DNA of 64,000 nt from Tubulanus polymorphus (Eukaryota; Animalia; Nemertea). The translations under genes were made by a program, and so were the position numbers. Of this stretch, positions 51,807-64,000 are shown piece after piece (within the stretch, counting starts at the first letter, position 1; each line of letters opens with the position of its first letter). The stretch covers positions 12,795,950-12,859,949 of the forward strand of contig NC_134026.1 in NCBI RefSeq assembly GCF_964204645.1, read 5' to 3'. Under the pieces are notes generated by a model. It was not told the origin of the DNA, searched no databases, and worked only from the letters and a program-made list of their open reading frames with translations.

Positions 51807-52590
51807 TTAATGAGTTGATCTTCGTCTAGGTATAGGTGCTGAATTGATGACTGATTCGCCATTTTCTTGAATGATTGTGCAGTTTCCTCTCGCAGAACCT
51901 TTTATTGTCTTGGAACATGCAACAAGCAGTTTTCTTGCATTTTGTTGAAACTCTTTCACGGACGGGTTATCATTTGAGCCTCCACATCTACGTTGCTTGC
52001 TATAGTATATCTCTGATTAAATTTTGCTGTCAATACGTACTGTACACCATCTTCATTCAAAAGCTCATAAATCAAATTGACAGCGGATTTGACTGTAACA
52101 AAGCATTTCATATAGTTTTTGATTTCAAACCATACAATGTATTATGTATATGTACATACAGTGTAATTGTTTATGTAATAAATAATATGATATCCATCAA
52201 TGAAACTTACCAGTTATTCGCAGTCCTTCAAGTGTTTCTCGACTTAAACACATTCTTCTTCGTAATCCGATTGGCAAATCGACTTTTCGGAGGCACTGAA
52301 TTTCCCAATTTTCAAAGAATGGTATGAATTTATTCTCCAACCACTGAAAAAAATGAGAAATAAAAAATTTGCAATCTTTAGCAACCAAGTTTATTAACTG
52401 AATGCACGACTGACTCCGAGATTATGCTTACATCTAATCTGTCCAGGTTTTCTCTTGTGAATGGTGCAATATACTTATTGCGTTGATGAATACTATCAAC
52501 AGTATTTGACACATTCAAGCAATCAAAAAATCGATTCATGTATTTTATCAATTTTCGTGTCGATTCGAGACGAGGATCACCCTTCAGTTT
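51807..52590 (-). pseudogene. P-element/THAP9-like transposase, C-terminal part, three exons
   Basis: Exons 52590-52432, 52343-52211 and 52092-51807 with GT-AG ends: TRKLIKYMNRFFDCLNV, DRLDWLE..FFENW, LSRETLEGLRIT, YVLTAKFNQ/EIYYSKQRRCGGSNDNPS, RGNC. Confidence 0.85.
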
Positions 52591-54039
52591 TGATGATTAC
52601 TCCAAGCTTATACTCATTAGAAATGTGATATATATTGAGAAACATTCCTAACATAGAGGAATTTTGTAGCTCTGTGATCATGTCAAGATGGCTGTCCTGT
52701 GACCTTTTTTGTGCCCAAAAATTTCAATTTTTGGCCTGAATTCTGAGTCTTGTAACTTCCTAATGGTTTGCCATTTTTCATTAGGGTTTTCTGTTACATC
52801 ACAGAAAACCCTATTGAGATTCACGAGATTATTAGGGTTTCTGCTGCCTCGGCAGAAACTCTATTGGATTCCTGCTGATTATTATTTTAACATATTTTCC
52901 ACTGAGTTTCGTCACATAAAAATCATCTTCTATTAGCTTTTGACTACTAACACCTTTGAAACGTAATGTTAAACTCTGATAATAATATAACAGTCTCTTT
53001 CTGCGCGTAGTTTCTATGGATGTACTGTGCTTCCTATTTTAAACTTGAAGTTACTTAAAGATAACACCGGTGGAAATAGCAATCATCAATCATGGCGCGA
53101 ATCTGAAAGTTTGTGACGTCATTTCATTAATAAATAATGAAGGAAGGCTCCGAGAATATCCAAATCACAGGTTACTGTGAATAACTGGGGTTCGACCATT
53201 CACAAGTTAAAAATGTACTTCCTTGTTTGTGAAGTAAGTTTATTCATACTGTTATTAAAAGCAGTTCCTTTTAAACATTCTATAATAGTATAGTTTTGTT
53301 CGTGGATATCAATACTTCGAAAAATCAACAGCGGTTTATTTATTTACTGTACCAGTGCGCGTTTTCTTAATTGAATTGAATTGGTCCAGTCCAAAAGGTG
53401 GGTCATACTAGATAGTGTCAGAAAATGTCAGCGTCGGTGATACCTTGTTATCGTCGATATTAACCGGTCTAAAGTCCGTTTATACATCACATACATTACA
53501 AATTGGAGGTTTCTTGTATATGTACATCACATCGTGACGCAGCGGCGATGGTAATGTCATAGAAGAACAAAGTAAGTTGAAAATACCTACCCACTGCACC
53601 GATAAAGAATGTTTGCTAGCCAGAGACCAGTGACAGTCAGTAATGGGGAGTGATGGTACCGTTCGTGATTATGTTTTTATAATGGTTATTGGACGTCAAT
53701 TTCATATGTGAATTGTAGTCCCCAACTGATCGCTTGACTTGTCAGACGGACTTTTCACTCCTCTACTAATAGTAACACTATGAGGCCTTCCCTCCTGCAT
53801 AGTTTACCCTATAGGCCAAATTTGTGCTTTGGGCCAAATTCGGTTTTCTTATCTAGTCGACTTTTTTTCGGAACTAATAATAACCGAATATGCGCTTAAA
53901 CTGTCACTAGGGAATGGTAAAAACACTGTAGCTTCGTTCTGCTCGATGTTATTTCCCCCAAAACCTGGCACATTAGTATTTTGCGCGTAGTAGCACATGT
54001 TGGTCAACATATCCATGTTGTGAGTTGACCCCTAGGTGG

Positions 54040-56955
54040 GACTCTTTCAAAAAAACGGAAAGGAATTGAGAGAATGCGAAATTAATAACCCAAAAAAGTA
54101 TTGGTCGATGCTAAACTCTGCGAGCGGAACAAAAAATAATGAGGCTAATATAGATATCGATATTTTTCTTCAACATTTTATGAGATTAAATGATTTGAAT
54201 AATGTTAACAATGAAACCGATGACGGTGATGAGCCCCCAGACGTGGGTGACCCTCCTGTCTATGACAATTAAATTTTGAACAGTGATATAACCAGTGATG
54301 AAGTAATTAAGGCTATCTCTTTACTCAAAAACAATAAGGCCCCAGGCATTGATGGAATCACAAATGATATCCATTTTTAGTTGATATATTACAAAAATTA
54401 TTCAATTTAGTTCTTATAACAGGATATGTTCCTGAGATGTGGTCTATAGGCGTCATCAAACCCATTTTCAAAAAGAATGGCGATCCCTCTTATCCTGATA
54501 ATTATAGAGGTATTACCTTAGTTAGCTGTCGTGGTAAGTTATTTACAAGTATCCTAAATCAAAGATTGTCAACATTCCTAGATACGAATGACATTATAAG
54601 TGAAGCCCAGGCTGGCTTCAGTTCGAAATATTCCACCATTGATCATATTTACACGCTTAAAACAATCGTAGAGCTGTATCTTTGTCAGGGAAGAAGACTT
54701 TTTTGCGCCTTTGTTGATTTTAAGAAAGCTTTCGACTCGATTTGTAGGGTAACGTTATGGCGAAACTTAATTGCTAACAGTGTTAATGGAAACTTTTTCA
54801 ATGTGGTCAAAAATATGTATAATTCCATAAAATCATGTGTTAAATTTAATGGTTGCATGTCACAATACTTTGCAGCTGATAGACGCTTAACCCTTTCGCT
54901 ACGTGTGACGTTTTGGAAACGTCATATGAGTGACACGTGCTGTGCGTATGACGTTGTAGAAACGTCATGCACCTATTGATTTATAACTCGAACGCGTACA
55001 CAGCAAACAGTATGGAAACGCATGTAAGACAAGATAGTTAGCTTTCTAAACAACAGATGGCGAAAATGCGTCAGTAGTTGGTGCTGTCAGCCTGTTGAGC
55101 ACATGGTAATTTGCGCGGGATTGAGATGGCTCCCCACTTACGTACCTCTACCAGCGGAAAAGGATATCCCATATCAATTGAATTTCTTTCATCCACACCG
55201 TAGCATCAATCACCAAAGACTGAGATAGGCACTTGGGTGAAAAACTGAAAAAAAAAATTTCTAACCCATCCTGACCCCCCCCCCAACACGCCCCCCCCCT
55301 ACAGAAAAGGCTGTTGGTATGATTTTTTACTGATTTTCACTAAATAACATCATAATCTTCGATAAAAACGCGAAAAATCGGGGTTAAAAACAATTTGAAA
55401 AAAATCGAATTTTTCGGAAAATACCTTACGTAGGGGGCGGTGCAAGCGTGTACGCAGCGAAAGGGTTAAGACAAGGCGAAAATCTCTCACCTATCATCTT
55501 TTCGTTATTCTTAAACGACATTGAAGAATTTTTCATTGATCGTGGAAAACCGACTTTGTCATTTATTGAAAAACTAAATTTGAATCGTGACCCTGATATT
55601 GATACTTTACTGAATTTATTCATAATACTATACGCAGATGATACAGTTATTCTTGCTGAGGATGAGAAATCTCTTCAGCTACACTTAGAACCTTATTTGA
55701 ATATTGTGCCGCTAATGGTCTCACTGTAAATTCAGAGAAAACTAAAGTACTCGTATTTGCGCGAAGTAAATCCCAGATAAAAATGATTTCGAAATTTATG
55801 TTTGGTGATCAACAGTTTGAGGTAGTTGAAGATTATGTTTATCTCGGAGTGAAATTTATTTGGAATGGTAACTTTGCTAAGGCAAAAAAGTATTTTTACG
55901 ATAAAGCTATGAGAGCTATGTTTTCGATCGTTCAAAAAGGCAGACGTTTGAAATTGTCCATAGATGTTATGTTTAAATTATTTGATATGTGAGTTGCACC
56001 AATAGCCATGTATGGGTGTGAGATCTGGGGATACGAAAATCTTGATTAATTAGAAAATGTTCATTGCTTCTTCTGTAAAATCTTAATGAAAGTGACGAAA
56101 TATTCTCGCAACTTACAAGTTTTATCAGAGCTAGGACGTTATCCTTTGAATATAGATGTTAGACGCAGGATTGTTAACATTTGGGTAAAAACAGTATCTG
56201 GAAAGCAAACCAAACTTAATTCAATACTTTATAAAATATCTTTCAATTTATTTTTAAGGGATAAATTTAAGAGCCCTTGGTTATCATATATAAAGAAAAC
56301 CTTTGATGACTGTGGTTTGTCCTGCATTTGGATGCAGCAATTCATGACTTACAGTAAATCTTTTTCAAAACGAATAAAACAGATACTCCGTGACCAGCAC
56401 CTTCAAGAAACCGTATCTGCCATAAATACTAATCCGATATACACAAACTTTAGGCAATATAAAAATGGTATTAGGTTAGAGAAGTATATAATAGAACTTG
56501 GTGATGACTTAGGAACTAGTTTATTTGAATTTAGGGTCGGGTCCTATATTATACCTGTGAACAAATTTTCAAACCATTTAGACAGAGCCGATAGAATATG
56601 CCCCACTTGTAATACTTTAGGTGATGAATCCCATTTTCTGTTTGACTGTACCTTACTGAACGAACCCCGGAAAAACTATTTGAATTTGAATACCTTTAAT
56701 ATCCTTGATATTCTGAAAAACCCAGCGGTCAAATTAGCTAAATTCATTATAACCGGCTTAGATGTATATAGATCCCTCCAATAGTACATATAGTATTGTA
56801 AATAGTTGATGTATATATATTTTGTTAAGTTTTCATTCTCTAAATTTTAATCACTACAGTGTTGTTTTGTAAATATTTGTATATACATGTGTAATAGTTT
56901 TCCTCCATATACCATGGAAATGGTTGGAGTGTAAATAAAATCGTAATCGTAATAG
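54040..56955 (+). mobile_element. 5'-truncated LINE (RTE-X-like) ORF2 pseudogene
   Basis: KAPGIDGI, NYRGITL, QAGF, FVDFKKAFD, RQGENLSP, LYADD, YGCEIWG, CPTC..GDESHFLFDC; AATAAA followed by an (ATCGTA)n tail; stops and frameshifts present. Confidence 0.92.
54891..55465. mobile_element. piggyBac-like MITE with TTAA TSD, inserted in the LINE RT
   Basis: TTAA|CCCTTTCGCT ... AGCGAAAGGG|TTAA; removal restores DRRLRQGENLSP; a related end lies at about 7500-7579. Confidence 0.92.
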
Positions 56956-57055
56956 GAATGTAACAACTGATTTCGGGTGAAATCTTTGCTCGCATCCCTG
57001 AACGACATTCTATCCAGAAAGGCATAAACCCGTTATCGCTGCTTGCAGCTATATT

Positions 57056-59790
57056 TAGGGTTTTCTGTTTCGTCACAGAAAACCCTATTGAGATTCGCGT
57101 GTTTCTTATTAGGGTTTTCTGTTACATCACAGAAAACCCTATTGAGATTCGCGTGATTATTAGGGTTTTCTGTTACATCACAGAAAACCCTGTTGAGATT
57201 CGCGTGTTTCTTATTATTATTATTTTATCTCACACTATTTTCACTAAAAGAACAAAGGCTTTGTTACCTTGCCGCTGTTGTCGATACAATCCGTATGGTA
57301 TCGTTCAGCTCACTGAGATCTACAAATACATCGCATGTTTTTTCACGAATCATCGTTACAAAAGCACTGTCGGGCCGTAAACATCGAAAATTGAGCCCCA
57401 TTCAAAGAGCCGACATGTTTTTCTAAGTCGTCTTTCCGAAATCTAACGCATGTTTCTTGTCACGTCGATTATCAATTCAACCATAAATTAACAAATTTAT
57501 TACCCAAAGATTGCACATTCAATCGCGGTTAATAAAACTAATTTTAACAATAGCCCATTTTCCTCATCAAATCATATTACCGATACACAGGAAATTTACT
57601 ACTTTAGATTTTAAAAAAAACTGTCGAGCCGTAAACATCGACGAATCGACGTGTGTCACTACATCGTCGTTCCGGGGATCAGCTGCGAGTTTCACCTCAT
57701 CATGAGAATCAAATCGAGTACAAATTAATTTATTACTACCAGTGATTTGGCCGTGGGCTTCAAGCAGTTAGTTTAACAATACCTATTTTTCTTTACCAGA
57801 TCAAACCGTGTATTTACTAAGATAAATCGTTAGTGTACCGGGGACTGTAGGTCTAAACTAACACGCCGAAGAGATATAGCGGAGAAAAGCTGTTGTGTCG
57901 ACGAGGTATCAAAATAAAAGTATATATTACTTTATTTGGCCGCAGGCCTCGACCTCTATATCAATACCATCAATACTCATATATTTCCTACAGTACATAC
58001 CGATCATTGTCAAATGCACAAGGTATTTACTAAATACAAGTATATAACAAACTCCTATCCGTATGCTGGACTCATACTTGACATTTGGAGTAAGCATTCG
58101 CTGTGGGGGAAAGGAGATCGTTCGCTGTGTCGCTTGAAGTGTTTATCGAGTTTTACGCGACCTTAAGGCTTTAGGCCTACCGGCACTGACCTTTACTGTC
58201 TCAAACAAACACAGTATAATTGTTGCGTTTATTAACGGACTCATTTGATTGAACCCTCAAAACAAAATTTACGATATTTAGGAGGGTTGTTATTCAATAG
58301 GCCTACGACCAATCTGTCCAGATGTTAGGCCTACGCATATACATAGGCCTACATAGGCTAGTAGCCTCTACTAGGTTAATGCTAAGTTCACTGTAAAGGA
58401 GGAATCAGATTTATTAAAATGCATGTTAATTAGTGATTAACTGGTTCTGACTTGCAATGATCAATCACAATTATCAGTTTTATTGCCAAAAGTGAAGATT
58501 TTTTTGAAAATTTCTTCTGAGCAGACAGCTTTATAAGCCAGACTTTTCATTTGAGTTTTTTCATCATAAATGAAACTGGTATTTCATTATTCCTAATGAC
58601 TTAAGCCGGGCGTAGGTCGGCCTTGCAAAGGCTTGTGACTCACTGCAATGCCATTCACTGCGACCGTCAGCGACGATTGTGTCGCAACGACTCATCGACC
58701 TACGCTCCCTTGCGACGGGTTGCGACTGTCAGCAACGCCAGTCACAATGAGTCGCACGTGTTCTACTTTCTGCGACACGACACGACTGTCACAACTGACC
58801 TACGTGCTCTTGCAACAGGCTGAAACTAGTCGCACACAGTCGCTGACAATCGTATCGCAACCGACTTGCACCGAAACATTGGATGCAATGCGAGGATCGC
58901 ATCGCGTCTGAAGGCCGACCTACGTCCGGCTTTAAGTTACTGCCGAGCCCCAGAAATATCTTTTTTTTTCGTTCAAAAGACCTTTCACTTGAAAATTCTT
59001 TCCTCGGAACAAAATTTATTTCGTTCGAACCAATAATATTCTGTTCGAATGAACCAATTTGAAAAAATCATTAGAACAAAGTTTTTTTGTCCAATCGAAA
59101 GGTTTTTCGTTCGAACAATCGTTCGATCGAAACAGAATCATTTTAATTTGAACAGAATTTTCTTGTCAGAACATTAAGTTTTTCGTTCTAACAAGTATAT
59201 TGTAAAAAGTTTTTTCTCCAAACGAAAGGTTTTTCGTTCGAACAACCGTTCAATCGAACAGAATCGTTTTAATTTGAACAGAATTTTCTTGTCAGAACAC
59301 TTAAGTTTTTCGTTCGAACAAGTACATTGTAAAAAGTTTTTTCTCCGAACCAAAAGTATTAAGTATTTCGTTCAATCGAACAGAATTGTTTTCATTGAAA
59401 CAAGATTTTCTTGTCGGAACATTAAGTTTCTTGGTCGAACGGCGTGTTAAGGTCGTTTTGGAAATTTACTTGGTCTGGTATATTTTGGATTACTGTGTAT
59501 GTCATTTGTCAGGACATTTAACAGAAGACGACTTAGGATACTACCTAGCGTGACTCCACTAGTAAGACTGACTTATTCCAAGATGAGGCGTTCCGTTGAT
59601 TTGGGCTACAAGTTTTCGTTCAGAGATAACTGCTGAGCCATTTGAGTGACCTATCATTGATACTGTTTCCTAATAGCCTGTTTAGTAATGGCTGATGTTG
59701 TGCCTTATTAAATGCTTTGTCGAAATCCACCGTTGAACAGGATTCTAAGACTGTGCAGAAAACCCGTTATCTCTGCTTTGCAGCTATATT
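57056..59790 (+). mobile_element. Helentron-like non-autonomous element, copy 2
   Basis: Starts with 3 copies of a hairpin unit of about 50 bp (agggttttctg..cagaaaaccct) and ends CAGAAAACCCGTTATCTCTGCTTTGCAGCTATATT. Confidence 0.7.
58604..58931. mobile_element. PIF/Harbinger-like MITE with TTA TSD (same family as 40370-40706)
   Basis: tta|AGCCGGGCGTAGGTCGGCCT ... AGGCCGACCTACGTCCGGCT|tta; the empty site ttaagttact is seen in the paralogous repeat at 23941. Confidence 0.9.
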
Positions 59791-59919
59791 TGCAATTTGT
59801 GATGGGTATTCTTTGAAGTTCTTTTATACCTGAGACAGGTATTTTTGATCAGCCATTAATGATGCAGTTGGCGGCCATCTTGGTGTCATCAGTACTCATT
59901 CGTAGGTGGAAAAAAGTAT

Positions 59920-60350
59920 TTCCACATTATATTGATACCTAAGCATATTTTGTTACCACAATCAATTGGAAAGTTGTAGCTCATAACGTGTTCTATGAGA
60001 TCATTAGTTTTTTTCATTAGTTTTTATATATGGCCACCAGGGGGCATTGAACATGCAATAACTTAGTATTTCTATATTATATTTGTACCTATGCATATTT
60101 TGTTACCACAATCAATTGAAAAGTTGTAGCTCATGACTTGTTCAATGATTGTGGTGGGTTTCAAGGTCATTTGTTACTCCATGTAGTCACCAGGGGGCGT
60201 TGAAAAGTAAAATAGCTTAGTATTTCCTTATTATATTGGTACCTAGACCTATTTTGTTACCATGATCAATTGCACTGTTGTAGCTCATAACATGTTCTAT
60301 GAATGAAGTGAGATTCGCGGTCATTGGGCTTAGCCTATGTTCACCAGGGC
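59920..60350. repeat. Tandem array of about 140-bp units
   Basis: Three copies of the same unit as 3215-3830. Confidence 0.85.
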
Positions 60351-62227
60351 AGACCTGCTAATCCCCATGGTATTTCCGTATTTGGTACAGATTTTAATAG
60401 CTAAATACGGAAGTACGGATGGTCCATATAAACTATGGTTTTTCATATGTTCTTTTCAAAATACGGATTTGTTTTATCTTCCTGTATGAAAATACGGCTA
60501 AAGTATATCATCACATCTGTGAAAACGGTTATGAACTTTCAAAAGCGGGAGTACGGGTTTGTTTTCTTCTACTGCTCGCAAATCGGGTCAGAGTATTGAA
60601 TATATGGCAGTGGCATACACGTGCGTCCATCTCTTCTTTCACTGCATTGCTACTGTGTATGATCAATATAATCTCTTTACACACACTATATACACACAGT
60701 CACTCGTGACAGCATACCAATGCTCACATATGCGTGTACGTTATAATTACGTTTTCATACCGTGTTTGAATGAAAAGTTTTTATAATAAATAAACTTTCA
60801 ATGAATATTTTATCGTTTCCTGAAAAATACTAAGTAGTAGACAAGTATGAATAAACGTCGTGATAAATATTTCTTCAGCTGGTAAAACCTGGGGTTAAAG
60901 ACTCATTGACTTATATGTGGTTTTTACTGTATTTCGTGTGGCCAGGCTTTTTTATTTTGAAGGTAGGTTTAATGTTGGAAGGCGAAATAAAAATGAAAAT
61001 GAAATTGTTTTTTTGTATTTTCTTATGAAACGATTATTTTCCTGACTTTATTAATAGACATTTTCACCCTTGGGGAAAACCCACTACTCAACCTTTCATC
61101 ACCCGATAGTGGCAGCACCTGCCTGATTGATACCTTTTCCATAATACTTAGTAGATTCACTCCTGGGAAAAGATCGATATTGCTAAATTAATGCTACATT
61201 TTGAACATTATGTCTGGGTTAATTGAGGTTTTTAGCATTGGTTGATGTCTATGACCTCATGCCATTGCTAGTAGAATGGATCGAAAGTCGTAGTCGAAAA
61301 AAGCACTGACTTCTCATTTTCATAGTTACTTCAAATTGTAACTACGTTCCCGTAAAACAGAAGACAGAGCTGAAAATGACTCAAAATAATTTTTCAATTA
61401 TTCCCAACAAGATTGCATTGCCAGATTTCTGATTTAATGGCCAAAAAAGTTATTCTATCGCATTTTTCTCATTAGTTATCTGGTGGATGAGAGGGGGTTA
61501 TGCAATCGGCTAGTGATATGTCCGCATTGACATTGGCAGTAAAGAATGGGGAATGGCCTCTTCTGAATAGAAAAACATGAAATTATGTACCTCCGATTTA
61601 TAAATATCATAGTGTTTTAATATCACTGTTATTCCAACTATCAGTATTCATCGGATTAATTGGGATTAATTTTCGGCGTCAGAATACGTAATTCTAGAGC
61701 AGTGGTACAACAGGCCTTCTCTTGACTGAAGCCCGTACAGGTAAATTATGTGATTGTGCGGGAACGCCTTTACAAAAGTTAAAACCATTTCATGATGTCA
61801 CGAAACATTAAATGGTAAACGGTAGGCTAACACCATGATATGATTCCACCAATGAAGACGGATAATTTTATTCAATTTTACCATAGTTGTTTATAGGGGG
61901 TATATCATTGTTAAAGTATGCCGAGAACGACCATGTTGTATCATCAATCAGTTGACTGACAGTTTATTGTAAAATTCCATCGGTTCAGCTATATTCTACA
62001 ATAAGTTTTCACTTTAAGATGCCCAACCCGCCTCCGGCGCACTCACCAGGCGGTAGCAGCCACTCAGCAGATAGATTCGCTTTGAAATGCACGCTGGAAA
62101 AAAAACTTTTATCTTTTCCACGCATTGAACACCATAACAGTGATTAAATTTCAACATTGTTTGTCGTGAATTGCAATATGCGATGGTTATTTGCCGCTAC
62201 TGTAGTTCTTTTCGGAATTCAATCCAG

Positions 62228-62445
62228 CGGCTTCGGTAGCTCAGTGAGGTAAGGCGTGATGCTGTTGCATGCACTATCTGTGCTGAGTGACAAGTGGGTT
62301 CGAGTCCTGCTGACTGCTTACAACACTTGTGTGCAGGCAACACTTCAAAGGCCGTCCAGTCGTGAGGTTAAATGAACAAAACAATAGGGTTAAAAACTAA
62401 GGTCCGAACGACGTAAACAATCAAAAACAGTCAAACAAGCAATCA
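62228..62445 (+). mobile_element. tRNA-derived SINE
   Basis: A box TAGCTCAGTGAGG, B box GGTTCGAGTCC, tail ACGACGTAAACAATCAAAAACA..AAACAA. Confidence 0.7.
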
Positions 62446-64000
62446 TCAGCCTGCCTCAATAGTGACACCAATGCCGGCATTGCTCTCTGTGCGACGTTTT
62501 GATGCGTACATTAGTCCGCTTGATCTATAACTATTATGCAACAGAGTATTTTGCATTCAGAAAAATCGTTCTGTTTTCGTTTTCATTATTCAGCAATAGG
62601 GCATAACAGTTCATGCAAGGAAAACCACAGTCAGTCGAGATTACCCTTACAGTTGTATGTTAAATACGAATATTGTGTAGACGAAACTAGTGCCGAAATT
62701 GTTGTATTAAATAAATGGGTTTTAGTATATAAATCTTGATTGATATAAATCTCTTAGCTGGGACATGATGGAAAACATCAGAATAAACTAGTTTCCTCCT
62801 TAACAAAATAGCATTAACAAGGTTAAACAATACAAATAGTATAGGCTAAATCGTTCAGCAGAAAAATGAAATTCATTTCAATTCTTAGTCTGTGGTCCTC
62901 CCAATCAACATCGTCATAGAACATTTTCCGGCAGATGTAAAGCATTAACCACTTAATACCTTACCACAGTATAATCTTCTGTAAATGCTTCAAGGCCCAT
63001 GGGCCGCTTGTTACCCTCCGATCCTCAGATTTTGGAACTCATTGGCAGGAAGAGCAATGAAAAATTTAAAAAGTAAACAACATTCAATTTTATTTTTTTG
63101 ATTAATTCTGTTTTCTGATACTAATGATACTCTAAAGGAAAGTACTGATTTTATGGCATAAAACTACTGTTGCTTAATCGGAAGCTACTGACGGACATTC
63201 ATTAAAACTACTCATGTGAGCTTAGTTTTACTGAGATAAATATGTAATACTACTGATGTTGAAATTTTATGGGTAAGCAGGTTTGATACCATATTAACTA
63301 TTTTGAAACTTGTTACATCGCTACAATGTAACTTTCTGTAAAACATTGAAAACTAGATCATTCTTCTTCTACTGCGTCATGAAGGTATAAGGCCCGTGAG
63401 CCTCTTGTATTTTTATTTACCTTTGTCAGCGATATGAAGTTGGCATTGAGCCAATTCATGTAAAATCGTAGTACATTTTTTGTGTGAGCATATGTTTTAT
63501 TGGTTGTCGGCCTAAACGATATATAATCGATGCGATTGAATACATGGCGAACCTCCATCGATGACATGGTCAACTTTGTTAAAATTCTACAAAAACTGTT
63601 TTTGGCGGGAAAATTCTTAGCTCTTGTGTATTAAATTGCAATGACCTTTATTTGGGGGTGTCGTCTCTAGTATCGAATGTGATTGGCTGTTTCTGGGATA
63701 CACGGGGAATTCTGGCGCTACTAAAATAACCATGGGAAAGCTATGAATGGCGAACGTTTGATTGGACTAGGTGCCGTAAAAGTGCGAATTCCAAATGCTC
63801 ATTGCTGGTGAGAATATAATTATTTCACATATCCGCCATAGGTATTGTTTCATTTTAATCCCCGGGGATGGTTATGATTGTCATTGAAGTGTAAGAGAAC
63901 ATTCACTTACAGATAAGGCCTCCATGTGCGCGCAGAGTGCATTAGACTGTTACACACACAATTGTACAGTATACACTACTATATATAGTGCTACTGTAAT

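Larger units (their letters stand above)
49994..52606. mobile_element. P-superfamily-like DNA transposon (deletion derivative) with a 7-bp TSD and two convergent genes
   Basis: TIR CTTGGAGTAATCAT / ATGATTACTCCAAG; cttatac on both sides (49987-49993 and 52607-52613). Confidence 0.88.
52782..57055 (+). mobile_element. Helentron-like non-autonomous element, copy 1 (contains a LINE insertion)
   Basis: Starts tAGGGTTTTCTG..CAGAAAACCCT and ends AAACCCGTTATCGCTGCTTGCAGCTATATT; inserted at TT with no TSD. Confidence 0.65.

Noticed and set aside
49994-52606. ProtoRAG/RAG-like transposon
   Set aside because: There are no CACAGTG-type ends and no RAG1 core or kelch repeats. The transposase motifs are P-like and the TSD is 7 bp, not 5 bp.
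57056-57215. Palindromic repeats of about 50 bp resembling a CRISPR array
   Set aside because: The units are tandem with no unique spacers, the context is eukaryotic and there are no cas genes; they form the head of a Helentron-like element.
59560-59740. RT-like peptide TVDFDKAFNK on the - strand
   Set aside because: Too short and degraded to call as a separate element; probably a captured LINE scrap inside the Helentron-like copy.
60350-61125. hAT-like MITE starting cagacctgctaa
   Set aside because: I could not identify a matching right TIR or a TSD.

Overview
This is AT-rich eukaryotic (invertebrate-type) genomic DNA, not prokaryotic. The only host gene I can support is a cytosol leucine aminopeptidase (M17, LAP3-like) on the + strand. 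Six small GT-AG exons between 7744 and 49886 splice in frame, and most are missed by the ORF track. Its first exon was not resolved and its 3' exons lie beyond the window. The flanks and introns (up to 19 kb) are packed with nested, mostly decayed transposable elements. DNA-transposon remnants include Sola2, IS630/Tc1 with a PHD finger, Harbinger, hAT, Academ, P-like, piggyBac and Tigger types. Retroelements include a BEL/Pao element, a Gmr1-type Gypsy element, LINEs, tRNA-SINEs and a Penelope-type minimal hammerhead insert. Helentron-like elements carry internal tandem repeats. The most unusual structure is a set of related ends (CT..GAG.AAT.AT.T.ACTGGAG) with 7-bp target duplications. One pair encloses a P-like transposase facing a convergent PHD-finger partner gene; another encloses half of an Academ element. 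Family names come from recalled motifs, not database searches.
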